64,000 bases of DNA from Haliotis rubra (taxonomy: Eukaryota). A program made the position numbers and the translations under genes. Shown here piece after piece: positions 62,583-64,000 of the stretch (the stretch's first letter is position 1; each line of letters begins with the position of its first letter). A model generated the notes under the pieces. That model did not search any database and had not been told where the DNA came from. It saw only the letters and a program-made list of their open reading frames with translations. Where the stretch lies: NCBI RefSeq assembly GCF_003918875.1, contig NW_025766981.1, forward strand, positions 434,001 through 498,000, in the 5' to 3' direction.

Positions 62583-63272
62583 CCCAGGCTTGTGTTCGTG
62601 TTATTGTGAATCGTATTGATACGGGTTATCAACTGACGTCTTTCACTGACAGATAAACTAGTAAACGTACCTGTCAGTTCCAGTACGTATCACATAATAA
62701 CCTGGGAACAATCTGGGACACATTGACGAGATTGCACGCCAACATGTACACAGCAGGGTGATGATAACATACTGGGTTTTTTCTAACCGTTTTTTTCACA
62801 GAACTAGATAGCATGTAAAGCGATTTGATGTGTATGATTTTAAGACGCTTTTAGCAATATTCCGGCAATAGGACGGCGGGGGACACCAGAAATGGGCTTC
62901 ACACATTATTGAACAAACTTGATGGTAAACAGCTTCTTTGTTTCGTGAGTGCGACGTTTGGATACGGATTCTTGTGTAACAGCTCACGCCGAGACAACAC
63001 GACTCGCTGTGGGGTGTGAATCCGTTTATTGTTGAGCAGAAGAAAAATACCCTGTAACATTTCATTATGAATATAAATCACATTGCATTGAATGACAGTG
63101 GTATCACAGATTCATTTGCACATATGTGAGAAAAGAAGGGAGACAACTTAAAAAAGCATTTAACGCATGATCACATTTGAACAATAAACAAATGCATTGA
63201 TAATGAACGGTTTTCCCTTTGAATTATTTCAATTCAATAACGATGCTGGGTTTGTAATAGGAGTTTATTATA

Positions 63273-64000
63273 TACTAGCCACATAAAGAAACTGTGCATT
63301 GTCAAAATATTATCCCAGTCGATAAGTACGATAACAATGTCAAAGGTACATATAAACTTTAATGGAGGGATCATGAGACCATAACAAGTCATCGGGGAGA
63401 ATTGGACTCATCTGTAAAACAACATTTATCCACATAAACAAGGGTCTGCGGACATGATTTCGGCACCACATTCGGCGAGCTTGTCGATGACGTTGTGTCA
63501 GGATAGGCCGTATGGCGGGACGTCGTGGTCTGATCCCGTGATGACGTAAACGTTGTCGAACAGTGTTGGGGTGGATACGGCGAAGTCCTGGGATGGTTCG
63601 GGCAGTCATCACTGCAGTCTGAAACCTGTGGCGCAGATTGGTCACCCTTATCCATCTGTCCTGTCTTGGCGTTGTTACACGTGGACGTCCAGAACGTGTT
63701 CGATCGATGACGTCATTTGTGTTCTGGTAGCGTCTCACCAGTGCAGAAATGGTGTGCCGGTGGCAGTGGAAATGTGCAGCCACTTTTCGTTGAGACATCC
63801 CCCACGGACCATCCCAATGGCCTCATGACGTTGTGCAGACGTGAGCCTTGGCATGCTATGCGTTTCAATAGCCGTTTAATTTTTTGAACGATCGCAAGGG
63901 CAGGGGTTGAGCTTTCCAAAGTGACAGTATTGTGTGGCATTCATTTGCTCTGTTTCTCTTGCCCGGAATGCACGTGCAACAACGTATTGCACGTCTCAAG
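63273..64000 (-). mobile_element. Internally deleted Tc1 element running off the window
   Basis: TIR tactagccacataaagaaactgtgca after TA. N-terminal HTH region (SQRKVAAHF...RSGRPRVTT) continues to FTDES; the rest of the catalytic domain is missing. Confidence 0.85.

Noticed and set aside
62159-62632. Ser/Thr-rich 157-aa ORF and overlapping + strand ORFs
   Set aside because: Alternative-frame or antisense shadows of paralogue 5 exon 1.

Overview
Eukaryotic, intron-containing, AT-rich animal DNA. The SINE repertoire suggests a mollusc, plausibly an abalone-like gastropod (inference only). The window holds a tandem array of five SLC46-family (PCFT/SLC46A3-like) MFS transporter genes: four on + (572-4984, 10793-16373, 28214-31992, 51315-56565) and one convergent on - (62582-59124, with a 1-bp frameshift in an A-run). 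All five have the same four coding exons (about 1.1 kb, 84 nt, 154-157 nt, terminal exon), which I rebuilt by hand from GT-AG sites. Three orphan SLC46 fragments lie between them. Genes 1-3 show near-identical tracts (probable gene conversion) next to a highly variable TM7 segment, and the paralogues carry different predicted endolysosomal sorting motifs. The rest is dense in mobile DNA: three SINE-like families with related 3' tails (one lacks a tRNA head and starts with a predicted pseudoknot), RTE-X-like LINE fragments, Tc1 elements, several MITE classes, a Helentron-type HINE, Penelope-type minimal hammerhead motifs, minisatellites and two assembly gaps. No CRISPR, rRNA or true tRNA genes were found. 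Coordinates were read by eye; repeat ends are accurate to a few bases.
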